A stretch of 64,000 bases of DNA from Eledone cirrhosa (GCA_964016885.1 OZ024741.1:350176001-350240000); one strand, 5' to 3'. Counted from the stretch's first letter, positions 1 through 13,620 are shown. Numbers and translations: made by a program. The notes: generated by a model from the letters alone, not told the origin.

Positions 1-99
1 TGACCTTTAATCTATTAATCAGGGTGTGTCCCTCGCGAGCCAGTTATCTCTGTCAAACATTTCAGCATTAATGACCTATTTCCTGTTACCTCACACAAC

Positions 100-145
100 C
101 CACGTACACACACATGCACGCACATACATTTACATCCACACGTTC

Positions 146-176
<31 letters not shown>

Positions 177-330
177 CATACATACATACATACATACATA
201 CATGCATACATACATACATACATACACACATATATACACACATTAATACATACATATATGCATACATGCATACATACATATACACGAATACACACATACA
301 TACATATAAACACACATTCGTTATGTACAT
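100..330. repeat. (TACA)n/(CA)n compound microsatellite
   Basis: Directly visible tandem TACA/CA units; source of the MYVC/YIHT ORF artefacts. Confidence 0.95.
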
Positions 331-711
331 AAAATTACCTTGCATTCGTATTTCCTGCACAAAAATTCAACCCTCCGCAAACCCCAAGTAATAGGGGCTA
401 GACAATGTATTTTCATTCATCAATATTAAAAAATATACACACAATACGAATCAACGAGAAAGTATCTACACCTAGAAATAGCACACAAATCTCCCCCAAC
501 CTATCCTCAACCGTTTTATAAAATGGGGGAACACATTGGATAAATGAATATACAAAGAAATAGATTTTGATCATCGGTTAACTCATTTAAACCTAACCTG
601 AGATTAAACAACAACAGTATGCATACAATACATATTTCAAACAAACAAATCATCAGCACCATATCAATACTATTTGTGAGCAATATTGACCTAAACATCT
701 ATGAGGTAGAC

Positions 712-918
712 CAGGCATGTCAAACTGAGGATCCCCCGAGGGCCACATGGGTCACATATGTGTTGTCTGAGGGCCGCGCACGACAACTAATTGCGCACAT
801 TACAACTAATTTTTTAATTTTATATTACGAAGATAAAACATGCTCGCGCAGTAAAACCCTTTGTGCGGGTCGCAGGTGTGTTTGTAAAGGGCCGCGGGCT
901 GCATGTTTGCCATGCCTG
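712..918. mobile_element. hAT-type MITE (family shared with 41626-41844)
   Basis: TIR CAGGCATGTCAAAC...GTTTGCCATGCCTG; 8-bp TSD aggtagac/aagtagac (7/8 match); internal sequence similar to the copy at 41626. Confidence 0.85.
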
Positions 919-984
919 AAGTAGACAATGGTAATCCATGGCGAATATATTTTCATTTAGCCGAGACTACGCCAGTAAAGTTGT

Positions 985-1850
985 AATTACTGTTTGCAAG
1001 ATTTCTCTAGCAATCGATTGTTAGGTGCAGCGTGTTAATTGGTCTCAGATCAGCCCCTTATCTCAGAGGCACAATATATTGCGTAGGATTCTGGTAGTGA
1101 CAGTGATGAAAACAATTTTGGCACTGCCTATGACGTTATCCCAAGGTTTTTGATGAAAGACGTAAGACGTTTACGGACCGTACCTAACGCCTCAATAACG
1201 GTTGGCACGAATTCTGTCTCTAGATGGTGATCATTTCTAATAACTGTTTCTACTTTTGGCACAAGGCCAGCAATTATACCAGTAGATTACTGGTACTTTA
1301 TTTTATCGACCCTGTAAGGATGGAAGGCAAAGTTAACCTCGGCGGGATTTGAACTCAGACCGTAAAGAGAGATAACTCTATGCTGGAAAGCATGGCGTCC
1401 GACCCTCTACCGATATTGCCAATCCACCCTAATAACGCCTGCAAAGTCTGCATACTTATTAATCTTTTCCATTTCCCTTTCAGCCACATTGTAGTTGAGG
1501 GATCGCAATATCAATTAGAATCCTTTTTTTGTAGGGAGGGAGTATTTGTTTATACAACAATATCGGGGTGGTTGTGTTGGACGTTGTTTGTTGTCTTCAT
1601 CTTAAGGTCTCAAAATAACTCTACTCTCTCCCTCGATAGACATGCTGCAAGAGGAGTATGTTTGTACCACTGACATAGTGTTTTGATGTTGTATTTTTTG
1701 CCCAAATCCCAATAGATTCTTTTTGCTATAACATCATATCGGATTTTATAACGTTTTTTTACCAATTGCTCACATCCACTAGAAATATATGCCAGGTTCG
1801 TCTGCTTTATGGCATACTCTGCAGGATGGGGAGCAGTTTTGTCAATAAGG
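985..1850 (-). mobile_element. Decayed R4/Dong-like (RLE-type) non-LTR retrotransposon 3' fragment, interrupted by a SINE
   Basis: Minus-strand peptides ISSGCEQLVKKRYKIRYDVIAKRIYWDL (zinc-knuckle/RHD region) and VPTVIEALGTV (RLE C-terminal motif). Confidence 0.7.
1238..1430 (-). mobile_element. tRNA-derived Meta-domain SINE (short subfamily)
   Basis: A-box-like GGATTGGCAATATCGGTAGAG, B-box GAGTTCAAATCCC, central TTTGCCTTCCATCCTTAC..GGTCGATAAAATAAAGTACCAG, tail GCTGGCCTTGTGCCAAAAGTAGAAAC. Confidence 0.85.
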
Positions 1851-2260
1851 ATTTCTACTATAGGCACAAGGCCAGCAATTTTGGGGAGGGGAATGTCAAT
1901 TAAATCGATCCCAGTGTATTACTGGTGTTTTATTTATCGATCCCATAAGGATGAAAGGCAAAGCTAACCTTGGCAGGATTTAAACTTAGAACGTAAAGGA
2001 CTGTAACTCTATGCCACGAAGCAGGGTGTCTGAGGCTCTACCGATACTGCCAATCAGCCGTTCTAATAATAATAGTTTCTGATTTAGGCACAAGGCCAAC
2101 AGTTTTGGGGAGGGGAAAGTCGATTAACTCGACTCCAATGCGTTACTGGTACTTTATTTTATCGGCACCATAAGAATGAAAATCAAAGATAACCACGGCG
2201 GGATTTGAAATCCGAACGAAAAGTGCCGTAACGCTATGCTGCTAAGAATGCCCAACGCTC
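1850..2260 (-). mobile_element. Two tandem Meta-domain SINE copies (long subfamily)
   Basis: Two consecutive copies (~1850-2062 and ~2070-2260) that contain the extra GTCGATTTAATCGAC..CCCCTCCCC-type segment. Confidence 0.8.
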
Positions 2261-3039
2261 AAACGCTGTACACGCTGTTCAACCGTGGGTAAGTTTTCAT
2301 CGAATTTTACAGACTTACACCGACCGCGGTCAGCCAAAAGTAACAACATTTGTTTCCATAAGTGAGCAGAAATGTGCTGAATAGGTCAAATGCATTTCTC
2401 TACAAGCAACTGATTTTTAATCTCGTTCCAAAGTTCATATCCTTCCAAATTTAAAAAAAAATCGAAATGGCTAGTTTGAATTTTGAGAAGTGGACAGTTT
2501 ATATATATATATATATATATATCGTAGAGGTTAGCAACCCAGTAACAAACCAGAGAGAGGTGGGGAATCCTGAAACCCGATCCCTCAGTTGAAAGAAAAA
2601 TAAAACAACAAAATCAGCAACAAGAGAGCAATAGTTGATATGGCCAGAAAAACTATTAATAGAACAGCATCATCATCATCATCAATAACAACAACAACAC
2701 AAACCAGTACCAGCACCCCTTCTACGGAAAGCATTTGAAACACGTATCAACGTTGAAAGGCAGAATACATTCCAGCATTCCCTCTACCACTGCCGAAGTC
2801 TTGAGAGACAGCAACAGCAGCACCAATAACAACTCCACATCAACCCCCCCCCCTCCCCCATACCAGCAATAGCCACAACTCCAGTAGAAAACTACTACTA
2901 CTACTACTACTACTACCACTACTACTACTACCACTACTACTAATGGTTTCTCTGGTTGATGTTATTAGCAATACCACAACTGCAACAGGACCACAACTAC
3001 AGTGGTGCTGATAACAGTGGTGGTAGTGATAGTGATAAT

Positions 3040-3227
3040 TGTTTCTACTTTTGGCACAAGGCCAGCAATTATCTCAGTGTATTACTGGTACTTTATGTTA
3101 TCGTCCCCGTAAGGATGAAAGGCAAAGTTAACTTGGGCGGGATTTGAACTCAGATCATAAAGGACCGTAATTCTTTGCTGCAAAGCATGGCGTCCGACCC
3201 TCTACCGATACTGCCAATCCACCGCCC
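3040..3227 (-). mobile_element. Meta-domain SINE, full length, with 16-bp TSD
   Basis: Complete head-to-tail copy flanked by TAGTGATAGTGATAAT at 3024-3039 and 3228-3243. Confidence 0.9.
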
Positions 3228-3309
3228 TAGTGATAGTGATAATGATAGTGATGATGAGAAACTATAATAGTGATAAATGATGGTGGTGATAGTGTTCATA
3301 ATGATTTCA

Positions 3310-4330
3310 TTTATTAGCCACAAGGGCCGACATGTAGGAGACAATACAAAGACAGGGTCAGTGGGGGTTTACAATAAGGTCGAGTAAAAGTGCACAATGG
3401 CAAGACTAATTTAACAATGTAGATATAAAAAATATAAAATAAACTATGCATAAATATAACAAAATAAATTCCCCGATAGGGGGTGGACGACCCTGGGGTG
3501 ACTCAGGTACCCCACCAAATCTGAACCACCCTGCGCTTCTAGGGCACCCAGGGAGAGCACCCCTCTCCTCAAGTTAGCTAGCTTATAGGCGCATGGTCAG
3601 AGTAGGCCCATTCACACGGGCCATTCTCGCCACATTCATCCACCTTTTAGCAAATGTACTGGGGGGCAGCACTTCTCTCTCCACCCTCACCTCCTTTCCA
3701 GGTGAAACTTGAAGAAGTTGATGAGGGATTGGCCGAAGAGAAAAGTGTCTGTCTTCAGTTCTTTTAATCTGGTCCACCATATAACCTCTTTCGCAACGGC
3801 CACCAGACAGAGGAAAATTTCCTGCTCTTCCTGACCTAAGGAAGATGGCGGGTCGATCTTCACTATGGACTCGGCCAATAGCCGGATTCGTTCCACACGC
3901 GACAGTAGCTGTTCGACATAACTCCACAAGTCAGTAATGCACGGACATTGGACAAGTGCGTGCAGAACGGTTTCGTCGTTATGTGCGCATCTTGGGCAGG
4001 TCCGTCTGATAGCGCTTCCGTGCCTGTAGAGTTTATCCCGAACCAGAAGTGTCTCCCGGTAGCACTGCCAAGCGAGGGATTTCTGGAAATTGTCCATCGT
4101 CCCTGGCTCGAAAGTGTTCCAGTACAGACTGGTCAGTTCGACTTCAGCGAGGTCCAAAGCTTCTCCGAGTCGTCATCGCACTTGCCTACCACTAATCCTC
4201 TATAGAACTCGATAGTGGAAGTTCCAGTGATCGCATTGCCCACTTGGTAGAGGGCAGTGAGTGCCTGGCAACATTCCAGGTGGGGCAGGTTATATAGAGA
4301 CGGTGTCTCAATCAAAACCTCAGTGGGGAG
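3310..4330 (-). mobile_element. Tx1-clade LINE, 5'-truncated 3' portion (diverged subfamily)
   Basis: ORFs 4133-4378, 3687-4157 and 3583-3927 encode MDNFQKSLAWQCYR..CPRC..ETVLHALVQC, homologous to the ORF2 C-terminus at 59763-60400. The 3' UTR ends GTGGCTAATAAA like the other copies. Confidence 0.9.
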
Positions 4331-4519
4331 AGAAAAGGTCCCAGAAGCCACTCTCGTGGAATCATAAGGCAAAAACAATAATCAAATAGTTAATGGTGTG
4401 AATGAGGCTAAAACCAATCACAGTGAAGCTCCCTCGCTCGACATGTTTAGAGTCCCCAGCAACAGAGGAAGTGATCTGGCTCCGGACAGTCGTTATCAAG
4501 CCACAGACGACACACAGAA

Positions 4520-6636
4520 GGTGCACACAGCTAGACACAAATGAGCGAAGGAAGAGTATGCTACACTGATTGAAAGACATAAAAAAAGCAAAACTGGAAG
4601 GAAGTCGTGGAGAAGGATGACGCAATGTGGACTTTTGGATGGAAAAGAGCATGATTGAGATATCTGAAAGTAAACTAATGAATCAAGTGAGGGTGATTAG
4701 AAGGAAGGGTTGGTTAACTGAGGTAAAAACATCTCGGTACCTGTAGATGAACAACAAAGGGAGGTTAGAGCAGAAGCAGAAACCGTCTCTACGGTTGAAG
4801 CCAGAGGGAAAATGGATAGCAGGAGCAGGGAGATTGTGATGGGAATATTAGGGCTGCTAAAGAGGAATGTTATTCATTGAACTCTCGTATATATGAGGAT
4901 GAGAATTGTGATTAAAGAGGAGGGAGACACTTGGATGATAAGTTGATTGATTTACATAGACGACTTATGGATTTGATGAATGCTCCAGAATAAAGAATCC
5001 CAATGAATATGAAAAGGTAGATATGAAGATGATAATTGAAATTATAGAAAAGATAAATGCTGTCATACAACACATCCAGACAGAAGACATAACGCAAACT
5101 AGGAACCTTATCTGAGCTGATGCACTGTAGAGGCCCAACTGTGACTGACGAACACTAAGCAGAGTAAGGACAAAAATATGATGTAAACGACGCATTGAAA
5201 ATGCGGTTAAAGCAGGATCTAAATAAAACTGAGCAATGGTTTAGAGGAAAGTGAAAACATGGGAGAAAGGCTGATTGAGAAGCACTAGACAAGACACATA
5301 ACATACAGAAGAGTATATTCCATACAGTAACAGAACAGCTAAAAAAGAAAATTCTCTCAAAAAGCCAGAGGATAAGGAAATATTTAAATAGAAATAAACA
5401 GCTGGAGGAGAATAGATTGTTCCAAAATAATACAAAACAATTTTTCTGCACTTTGGAAGGAAACAATGGGAAGGATGATATACCTAATACGGATAAGGCC
5501 AATGAGATATGGAATGGGATATGGAGAAATAGTATGAAGCACAGAAAAGATGCCAATCGGATAGACACCATCAAAACAGAATTGTGAGTAGGAAATATAC
5601 AAAGAGATATTAAAATGGGCACAGGCGATGTGAAGAATCAAGGTGATGAAGACAGGTTATATTGGAAAAGAAAGGAGGAGTAGGGGGATTGTTGAGCGTA
5701 CAGGATGCTATAAAAACAAAAGAAAGTGATACGAGCTTCTACATAAAATATAAGTAAGACAATTTTCTAATGGGTGTTATCAGGGAAGGCATATTTGAGA
5801 AAAGGGGTGACCTAGAAAACACAAAGACTGAGATTGTTAAAGAGTATAAAAAAGCATTTGATGAAAAGTCCCTGCAATCAGGATTCCTTAAGGAAACAAG
5901 AAACGTGTGTGATGACAGAAATACTTGGTTATGGTTGCGGAAAGGTTACATTAGGAAAGAAACGGAAGGACCAGATCAAGCAGCACAAGATCAAGTCATA
6001 AGAACAAGGTGGGTAATGAAAAACATAGACAAGCTGGATGCAAAATTTGTGGGGAAAAAGCAGAGACAGTTGTTCATATTGTTTCAGAGTGAAAGCAGTT
6101 AGCCCAGAATGATTATTAAAAAAGGCAGACATGATAATGAGGCCACCATGTTGCACTGAAGCTTGTATAAAATTTACGGATTACCATGTGCAGAAAAAGA
6201 CTATAAACACAGTGTCACAAATGACATGAGAGTACTAGAGAACGATAAGATAAAGCACTTATGGGACTTCCCAATTCAGACCGAGATGAAGATTGAACAC
6301 AACAAAGCAGATATTGTTGTAATTGAAAAGAAGGAAGGAAACTGTACCCTCATATATATATAGCACGTCCTTCTAACGCCAGAATTGAAATAAAAGAGAA
6401 TGAGAAAGTAAGGGCTTATAACGATTTAAAATATGAGATCTTGAAATGCTGGAGTGATGAAGTGAAAACAGTCACCATTGTCCCAGTGATGAGTGGTGCT
6501 CTTGGCATAGTGACAAAGAACCTTGAAAACTACCTGTCGAAAATAGACGTTGCACCAGGGACTGAACTGCTCTAGAAGACATGTCTACAGGGAACAGCCA
6601 AAATATTGAGAAAGGTTCTGGACTACCAGCAGTAGT
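4520..6636 (+). mobile_element. Decayed R4/Dong-like RLE non-LTR retrotransposon
   Basis: Peptides TWLWLRKGYIRKETEG..AAQDQVIRT, LWDFPIQTEMKIEHNKADIVVIEKK..CTLI, EK..YNDLKYEI and VPVMSGALGIVTKNL (restriction-like endonuclease). Many stops and frameshifts; most of the RT core is deleted. Confidence 0.85.
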
Positions 6637-6749
6637 GAAATGACAAAGAATGATATGAAAAAGTTGGAGTTACCCGACGTTATTAGTTGTAGCCCGGTAT
6701 TCCCTAAAATTAACTGGCACAAAGCAACATCAATGATGGTTGTGATGAG

Positions 6750-6962
6750 GTATTGGCCTAAGAGAAAAGTGTGTCCTCAGACCTTTCAACCTGGTCCACC
6801 AGATAGAGGAAAACTGCCTGCCTCTCTCGGCCAAATGAAGGCGGCGGGGCGATCTTCACTATGGACTCAGTCGATAGCCGGATCCGTCCTATACGCGACA
6901 GCAGCTGTTCGATATAACTCCACAAGTCAGTAATGTACTGACACTGGATGGGTGCGTGCAGA
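6750..6962 (-). mobile_element. Tx1-clade ORF2 internal fragment
   Basis: Nucleotide similarity to 3730-3970 (ttggcc..agagaaaagtgt, cgatcttcactatggactc, ataactccacaagtcagtaatg). Confidence 0.75.
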
Positions 6963-7189
6963 ACTTTGCCTTTCGTCCTTTTGGGTTTGATAAAATGAAG
7001 TACTATTCACGTACATTGGTCGACATAACCGACTTATCCCTCCCCACAAATTGTTGGACTTGTGCCAAAATTAGGAACCATTAGGCTCATTCTATTTTGA
7101 AATCACAACATTTATATTAATTTGGATAGTTTCTCCATTTCTTACGTAGATATATTTTCCGATAGATTTCTTCTATTCGTAACGTAACA

Positions 7190-8199
7190 TGTGATGGAAT
7201 ATTAAGGACACCATACTGACGTACAACATTTCTTGGGTGTTAGCAGTGTACGTTGCTTCTAACTGAAGTGGGATCTCGTGGATTTGTAGCTAGTTCCTGG
7301 CTGGTATAAAATGTTTAAAGGAGGGTAAAGAGGTGATTAAAGAACTGGAGAGAGAGAGACACAGAGAGAAAGTGAGTGAGAGAGAGAGAGAGAGAGAGAG
7401 AGAACAAAAGAAAGCTTCATTATGGATATGGCAAAAGCAATTAAGTGTAAGACCAGTGTCGAAGCAGAGAGCTTGCTCTCAGCAAGGAGTGAAGGCCAAG
7501 ATGCTTGAATGATAAGAGTGAGTACAACTTCATTACGATTCTGGTGATTGTGGCATGGAATACGAGGAAAACCGTGTGTGGATAATAGAACCCGGACATT
7601 CTCTAGCAGCACCAGCGCGGCTGGATACGGCTGGAGGGAGCGATGCTGTCGGGAAGTGTCGAAATCGTTGAAATATTCAGTCGACAGCTGATTAAAGGAA
7701 TGTCTCGCAGCAAGCTCTACTCACCTGTTCTGATTTTGTCTGCTTTCATTTGCATTACCCCATGGTATGGCCTACTTTTTTTTATATATTTACTTCATAC
7801 ACTCCTCAATACACAAGCAGACACACACACGCACACATTCACACTGACATACATTTACAGAAACATATACGCACGCATTCATCCGCTTACATACTGACGC
7901 ATAGATACTCTTCGAGAGATTTACATACACATATACCGTGTTCTCGTTTTTTTTATCCTCACTATACTCCGCCTATAAGCTTGTTTCACACTTTTTTGGT
8001 ACCCCACCCCCTTTCATGTTCACTACCTTCTATTTTCTATCGCCCTCTCTTTCATCTTCATCTAAATTGCTCCCTCTCCTTTCATTCAACTTCATGGGCT
8101 GCTCTTTCTACCCTACTCTTAAAATTAGACAGGCTATATAAACATACCAATCTTGTTTCGTGGAGTGGGGTTTGTATGTGGAGATTAAAATATGTTACA
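7190..8199 (+). mobile_element. Possible solo LTR
   Basis: Starts TGTGATGG and ends GTTACA; TATAAAA at ~7304 and ATTAAA shortly before the end. No clean TSD and no second copy in the window. Confidence 0.25.
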
Positions 8200-9060
<861 letters not shown>

Positions 9061-9442
9061 GGCATAGCAGTTTCATTAAGTAGAAACCAATCATATATAC
9101 ACCTTTACTATATTTGTGTATATATACATGAGGTCGTCGACTGGAATTCCAGCAAAGCCATTTTCTTAAAGTAGTCATTAACCTGTAGCAGATGTAAGGG
9201 TTCCCTACCGTCGGCTCGTAGGTGACTACTGAGCTCCGACTTCTCTGGCAGATGTGTCACGGAATTTGGAACGATACACCTCCAACAAAAGCTGCATTTT
9301 CGTGTATTTGACTAACTGGATCTTCAGCCAATCAGCAGATGTGTACATATTTAAGCATGCAGGACATCAACACTCAATGCTAATGGAATTGCATGCAACT
9401 GAAGGTCTTCTTTCGTGTGTTCCTGACAAAATTGACATTTAA

Positions 9443-9663
9443 CTCTTTAGCATTTAAACCGGCCATATCCAGCCAGAATTCTCTTATTTCTTTCCGTTCA
9501 AACCGGCCATAACCGGCCACTCATACTGATGTTAAGGTATTGTTCTCAAAATAAATAATATGAAAATCTCACAGATTCAATATTACGTGAGAAAATTCTG
9601 TGAAGTAAAGCCTTTACTGCGAAAATACAATAAGAAATATAGAGTAATATAAATGCTAAAGGG
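9443..9663. mobile_element. piggyBac-type MITE
   Basis: TTAA TSD at 9439-9442 and 9664-9667; TIR CTCTTTAGCATTT / AAATGCTAAAGGG. Confidence 0.8.
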
Positions 9664-9944
9664 TTAAAAGTGTGGTTCAGCCAGAGACAGAGCAGATAAG
9701 ATCACTTCTGATCACTATACCACATAGAAGATCTACAACTTGCAGCTTTCGTACATTGTGTTTCCTAATTTGATGAGCAATCTGATTCGACTTTGTTTCA
9801 AATTACAGGTCTTAGATCGCCATTCACACCTTTTCAATAAGAATATTCACAGCTTGCAGTGCAAACGTTCGAAAACTGTAGATTGTTTTTTATGACATTA
9901 CAAAGTCGCTTCCCCCTTTTCTTTCTTTCTCTCTTTTTTTATTT

Positions 9945-10335
9945 ATTTTTTTAATTTAGTAAATCAAATATTTTATTTATGGAATATATCATGTAAATAC
10001 AGTTTAATAGAAAAAGAAAAAAACGGAAAAGCGAGGGAATGGCAAGGACTCTAGTGCCACAGAAGAATGGGGAGGGGGAGGATGATTGGGGTCGCGGCTG
10101 TAAAGGGGCTGAGCCCCACGGGCAAGACCGCAAAAACATTCCCACGGACTATGGCCAGCGACACTCGCTGCAACAGCCATCCCACCTCGCGGGACTCCTT
10201 CTTCAGATAGGCCGCTGACGTTCCAATCTTGTGGAGGAACTCGACTGTAAGGTGGTCCAAGTCCGCCTGAGGTCTCGATGGTGACCGATGGGAAGAGAAA
10301 TCGGCCGGACAATCGCCAGTATTTGTTTATTGTCC
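9945..10335 (-). mobile_element. CRE-like RLE non-LTR retrotransposon 3' end
   Basis: Peptides FLFPSVTIETSGGLG and WLLQRVSLAIVRGN (ET.G...QR.S.A..RGN RLE terminus typical of the CRE clade), followed by a 3' UTR, AATAAA and an A-rich tail. Confidence 0.7.
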
Positions 10336-10606
10336 TTTTTTAATTTGTGCTGGGTCACTTAACAAAAGCTAGTTTACCGTAGAGTAACTACTTCAGAAGC
10401 CTGAAATCATCAAGACAGTTGACAAATGGTACCTGATAAGACGCTTCAGTACTCAAACCACGTGTTATTTCTAACAGGTTAACTAACCAGGTCTATGATT
10501 CTTAGTCGTTCTGCCCATTCAATGTCTTGTGAATCAATTTCACACGTACACTGTTCCATGTGTGTGTCTTTTAAATGAGTATGGTTCCTTATTTATTTGA
10601 TTATGT

Positions 10607-10942
10607 CAGATGTTCTCAAACTTTTTGGGCCACCGTCCATCTCATGACCCCGTAATACCCTCAGCATCCCCAACCCCATTTCCAGAGACACCAGTCTACA
10701 CTAAAATTGTAAATAAGGTATAACAAATAAAATCGTTAATTTATATATGATAAATAATATAATATATGTATAAATAAATATTATATATTTTTTATTTTAC
10801 TATATTTATATATAATATGTATCATTTGATATTTAATATACTTTTATATCATCTCTACCGCCCCCACATGCCGCAACGCCCCCCTGGACTTTCTCAACGC
10901 CCCCTTCCCAGGTGGCGGCAGCGCCCACTTTGAGAACCTCTG
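10607..10942. mobile_element. hAT/Charlie-like MITE
   Basis: Termini CAGATGTTCTCAAACTT...CACTTTGAGAACCTCTG; TSD not recognisable. Confidence 0.65.
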
Positions 10943-11803
10943 GTCTTTGAAAATGCTCGATGTATGCATGCGTGTTTGTACATGGTGTCTTATGTATGTG
11001 TGGTTGTGAAGATTAGCCTTTAGAATGCCGAGGGAAATTTACTGACTTGTGTGATAAAAAATATAATCTTTTCTTGCACGAATTACATTTCACAGATTTT
11101 TAAAAAATTATTTGATGCAAAAGGGCTTGCAAAAATCAAGGTATATTTAGTGTAGAATGGGTTCTTTCAGCTACAATTAAGGTACAAACAAACTCACAAA
11201 ATTTTAGTATTACACACATACACACACACACCCCACCCCACCCCCACACACATATATATGTATATGTATGTTGGATCGTCAAGTATGAAATTTGTAATCT
11301 TTTCTTTTTTTTCAATAAATTTCTACAAATTTCATACCAATATATATATGTATGTATATATCAGAGAGAGAGAGAGGGGGATCGATAGCTATTATAGGTA
11401 GTCGTTTTCGCAAATAGACATACACGCTAGTGCATACATGCCCCACCCACACACTCTCAAAAGCGTGAACCTAATAGACTCATATTTGTACTGCCTCTCT
11501 GTTTTTGTTCCTGTCCAAGATTTAAGCATATATTTACATATAGATATATATATATACAATATATTAACAAATGGAAACTATATTTATAAAACCATATTTA
11601 TTTCATTATACATATTTCAAGGGCCACCAAGGCAAACTATGGTGCGCTTTCATCAGATAAAATATAATATAGGTTAGTTTTATAAAAAAATATTTACTTC
11701 AATAATTTGTTGAGTGCTTTATATCAGTTATAAAAATATTTTGCTTGTTGTATCCCAACAAATTAAATATAACCTCTACATATATATATATATATGTATA
11801 TAT

Positions 11804-12366
11804 AAATAAAACGAAAAATCAGTGATGCATCTGAACTCAATTTATTGTGTGTTACAATTGTTTCACCGGCGGACAGCTCGAGACACGATCATTCTGTGGA
11901 TCTGTCTGACTCAGGACCTGCGGGCTCGTCGGACACTTCCAATGCTTTCGGAGCAAATTCTTTCACTGGGGTGTTAGCGTCAAAAACTTCCTCTTGGCGC
12001 GTCCTGTTGTTGGCTGCTGCTTTTCTACGTCATCGTAAATCTGACCAACAGATGTCAATGCGACTGACCATTCCGCCAGACTTCGGTGAGATACTACTGG
12101 GTTTGGTAGTTCACGCGTCCATGCGCGCACTCACACACATTTATATACACACACACGCACACACACACACACACACAATCCCATAGAGAACAACATCCAT
12201 ACGCATGCACTCCCGCCACACGCACACACTTAGGGAGAACAAAGAAAAAAACATAGACATACACATACACAGGCGCCTGCCTACATGCCCATATACATAC
12301 ACAGATACAGACTCGCTCACAAACACGAACACATATGTATATATATATATATGTATATACATACGC

Positions 12367-12409
<43 letters not shown>

Positions 12410-12563
12410 CACACACATATACGTATATATATATATATATATATATTAGGGTAAATATTGATGCAATTCAATTCAAGCACTCAACGTATTTTTCCACATA
12501 GGAGTGACGGAGTAAATATCATTATTATTAAAGGACTTGAACATCTGAAACTACTTCGCTTTT

Positions 12564-12597
<34 letters not shown>

Positions 12598-12848
12598 AAT
12601 ATATATATACACATGTACACACACACACATATATAAACACACATCTCTATACCTACATACACACATACATATATACAAACCAACAAGCCCTTTCGTTACA
12701 TTATGTACACACACCCACAATTGTAACACACAATTGAATTTAGATGCATCACTGATTTTTCGTTTTATTTATATCATACTCTGCTCTGTACAAGCATAGA
12801 GTGCTCAACCGTCATACCGCCTATTAAAGCATCTTAGCTACCATCAGA
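11804..12848 (+). mobile_element. Penelope-like hairpin insert, family A (copy 1)
   Basis: Inverted arms 11804-11861 / 12717-12773 plus a unique tail ..CATACTCTGCTCTG..GAGTGCTCAA..TACCGC shared with the 15.5 kb and 44.9 kb copies; flanked by dinucleotide repeats. Confidence 0.65.
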
Positions 12849-12878
12849 CACACACATATATACTGTATATATATATAT

Positions 12879-13082
12879 AGCTTAAAATGGAGTGGGAATA
12901 AGAAGAAAGCAAGAATGGGAGGGGGGGGGAGTTTTCTCGGATGTTTCTACACGTAGAAATATCCGAGATCCCCAGTAGACGACTGATGAGGAACACCTCC
13001 ACCCCTCGTCCTTGCTTTCTTCTTATTCCCACTCCATTTTAAGCTACCTTAAATAGCAACTACACAGCTATTTCTATTCTCC
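12879..13082 (+). mobile_element. Hairpin insert (inverted repeat + tail) in (TA)n
   Basis: 35-bp perfect inverted arms AGCTTAAAATGGAGTGGGAATAAGAAGAAAGCAAG; inner hairpin at 12936-12967; short tail; (TA)n on both sides. Confidence 0.6.
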
Positions 13083-13096
13083 ATATATATATATAT

Positions 13097-13273
13097 AACG
13101 AAGGAAATGTGGTAAGGAGCCAGATGGACCATAACGCACCAAAGTACTCAATACTTAAGGTAGTAGAGTGGGTAATAGGAACGAGTAGGACCCCGACGGC
13201 TGAGCTCAAGCCGTTTCGACGGCTAATTCTGGAACGGCTTGAGCTCAGCCGTCGGGGTCCTACTCGTTCCTAT
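13097..13273 (-). mobile_element. Penelope-like hairpin insert, family B (copy 1)
   Basis: 40-bp perfect inverted repeat 13177-13216 / 13233-13272 plus an ~80-bp tail homologous to the 20852 and 36859 copies; (TA)n flanks. Confidence 0.7.
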
Positions 13274-13620
13274 ATATATATATAAATGAATGAAAGGTAT
13301 AGAAATTATTGTGAGAAAGAAGCACATAGTATTTCATAATATATAAGTGACTATAGTGTCAAAATGGGAAAATAGTTAACGTAAGATGTGGGAAAAATAA
13401 TTCAAACTCAATTCAAAAAGAATCAGAATATAGATTAATCTACAGAATTTAGTGAAATCACAGGGAAAAATCAATAGAGCCTTAACTCATGATAAAACAA
13501 AGTTTAAAATACTTATTCTTCAATTTGGAGAAACTACAAATGCTCTGTATAGTCTTGAAGACTATTTCACGAAACTTTCAGTGGGGATGGTCACGGTTGG
13601 ATTCGATATATATACACACA

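Noticed and set aside
11845-12186. 113-aa plus-strand ORF as a host gene
   Set aside because: It lies inside the family A hairpin element, has a non-ATG start, runs into (CA)n and shows no domain.
12982-13010. CTGATGAG as a hammerhead core in the 12879 hairpin insert
   Set aside because: No GAAA follows a stem II at a suitable distance.
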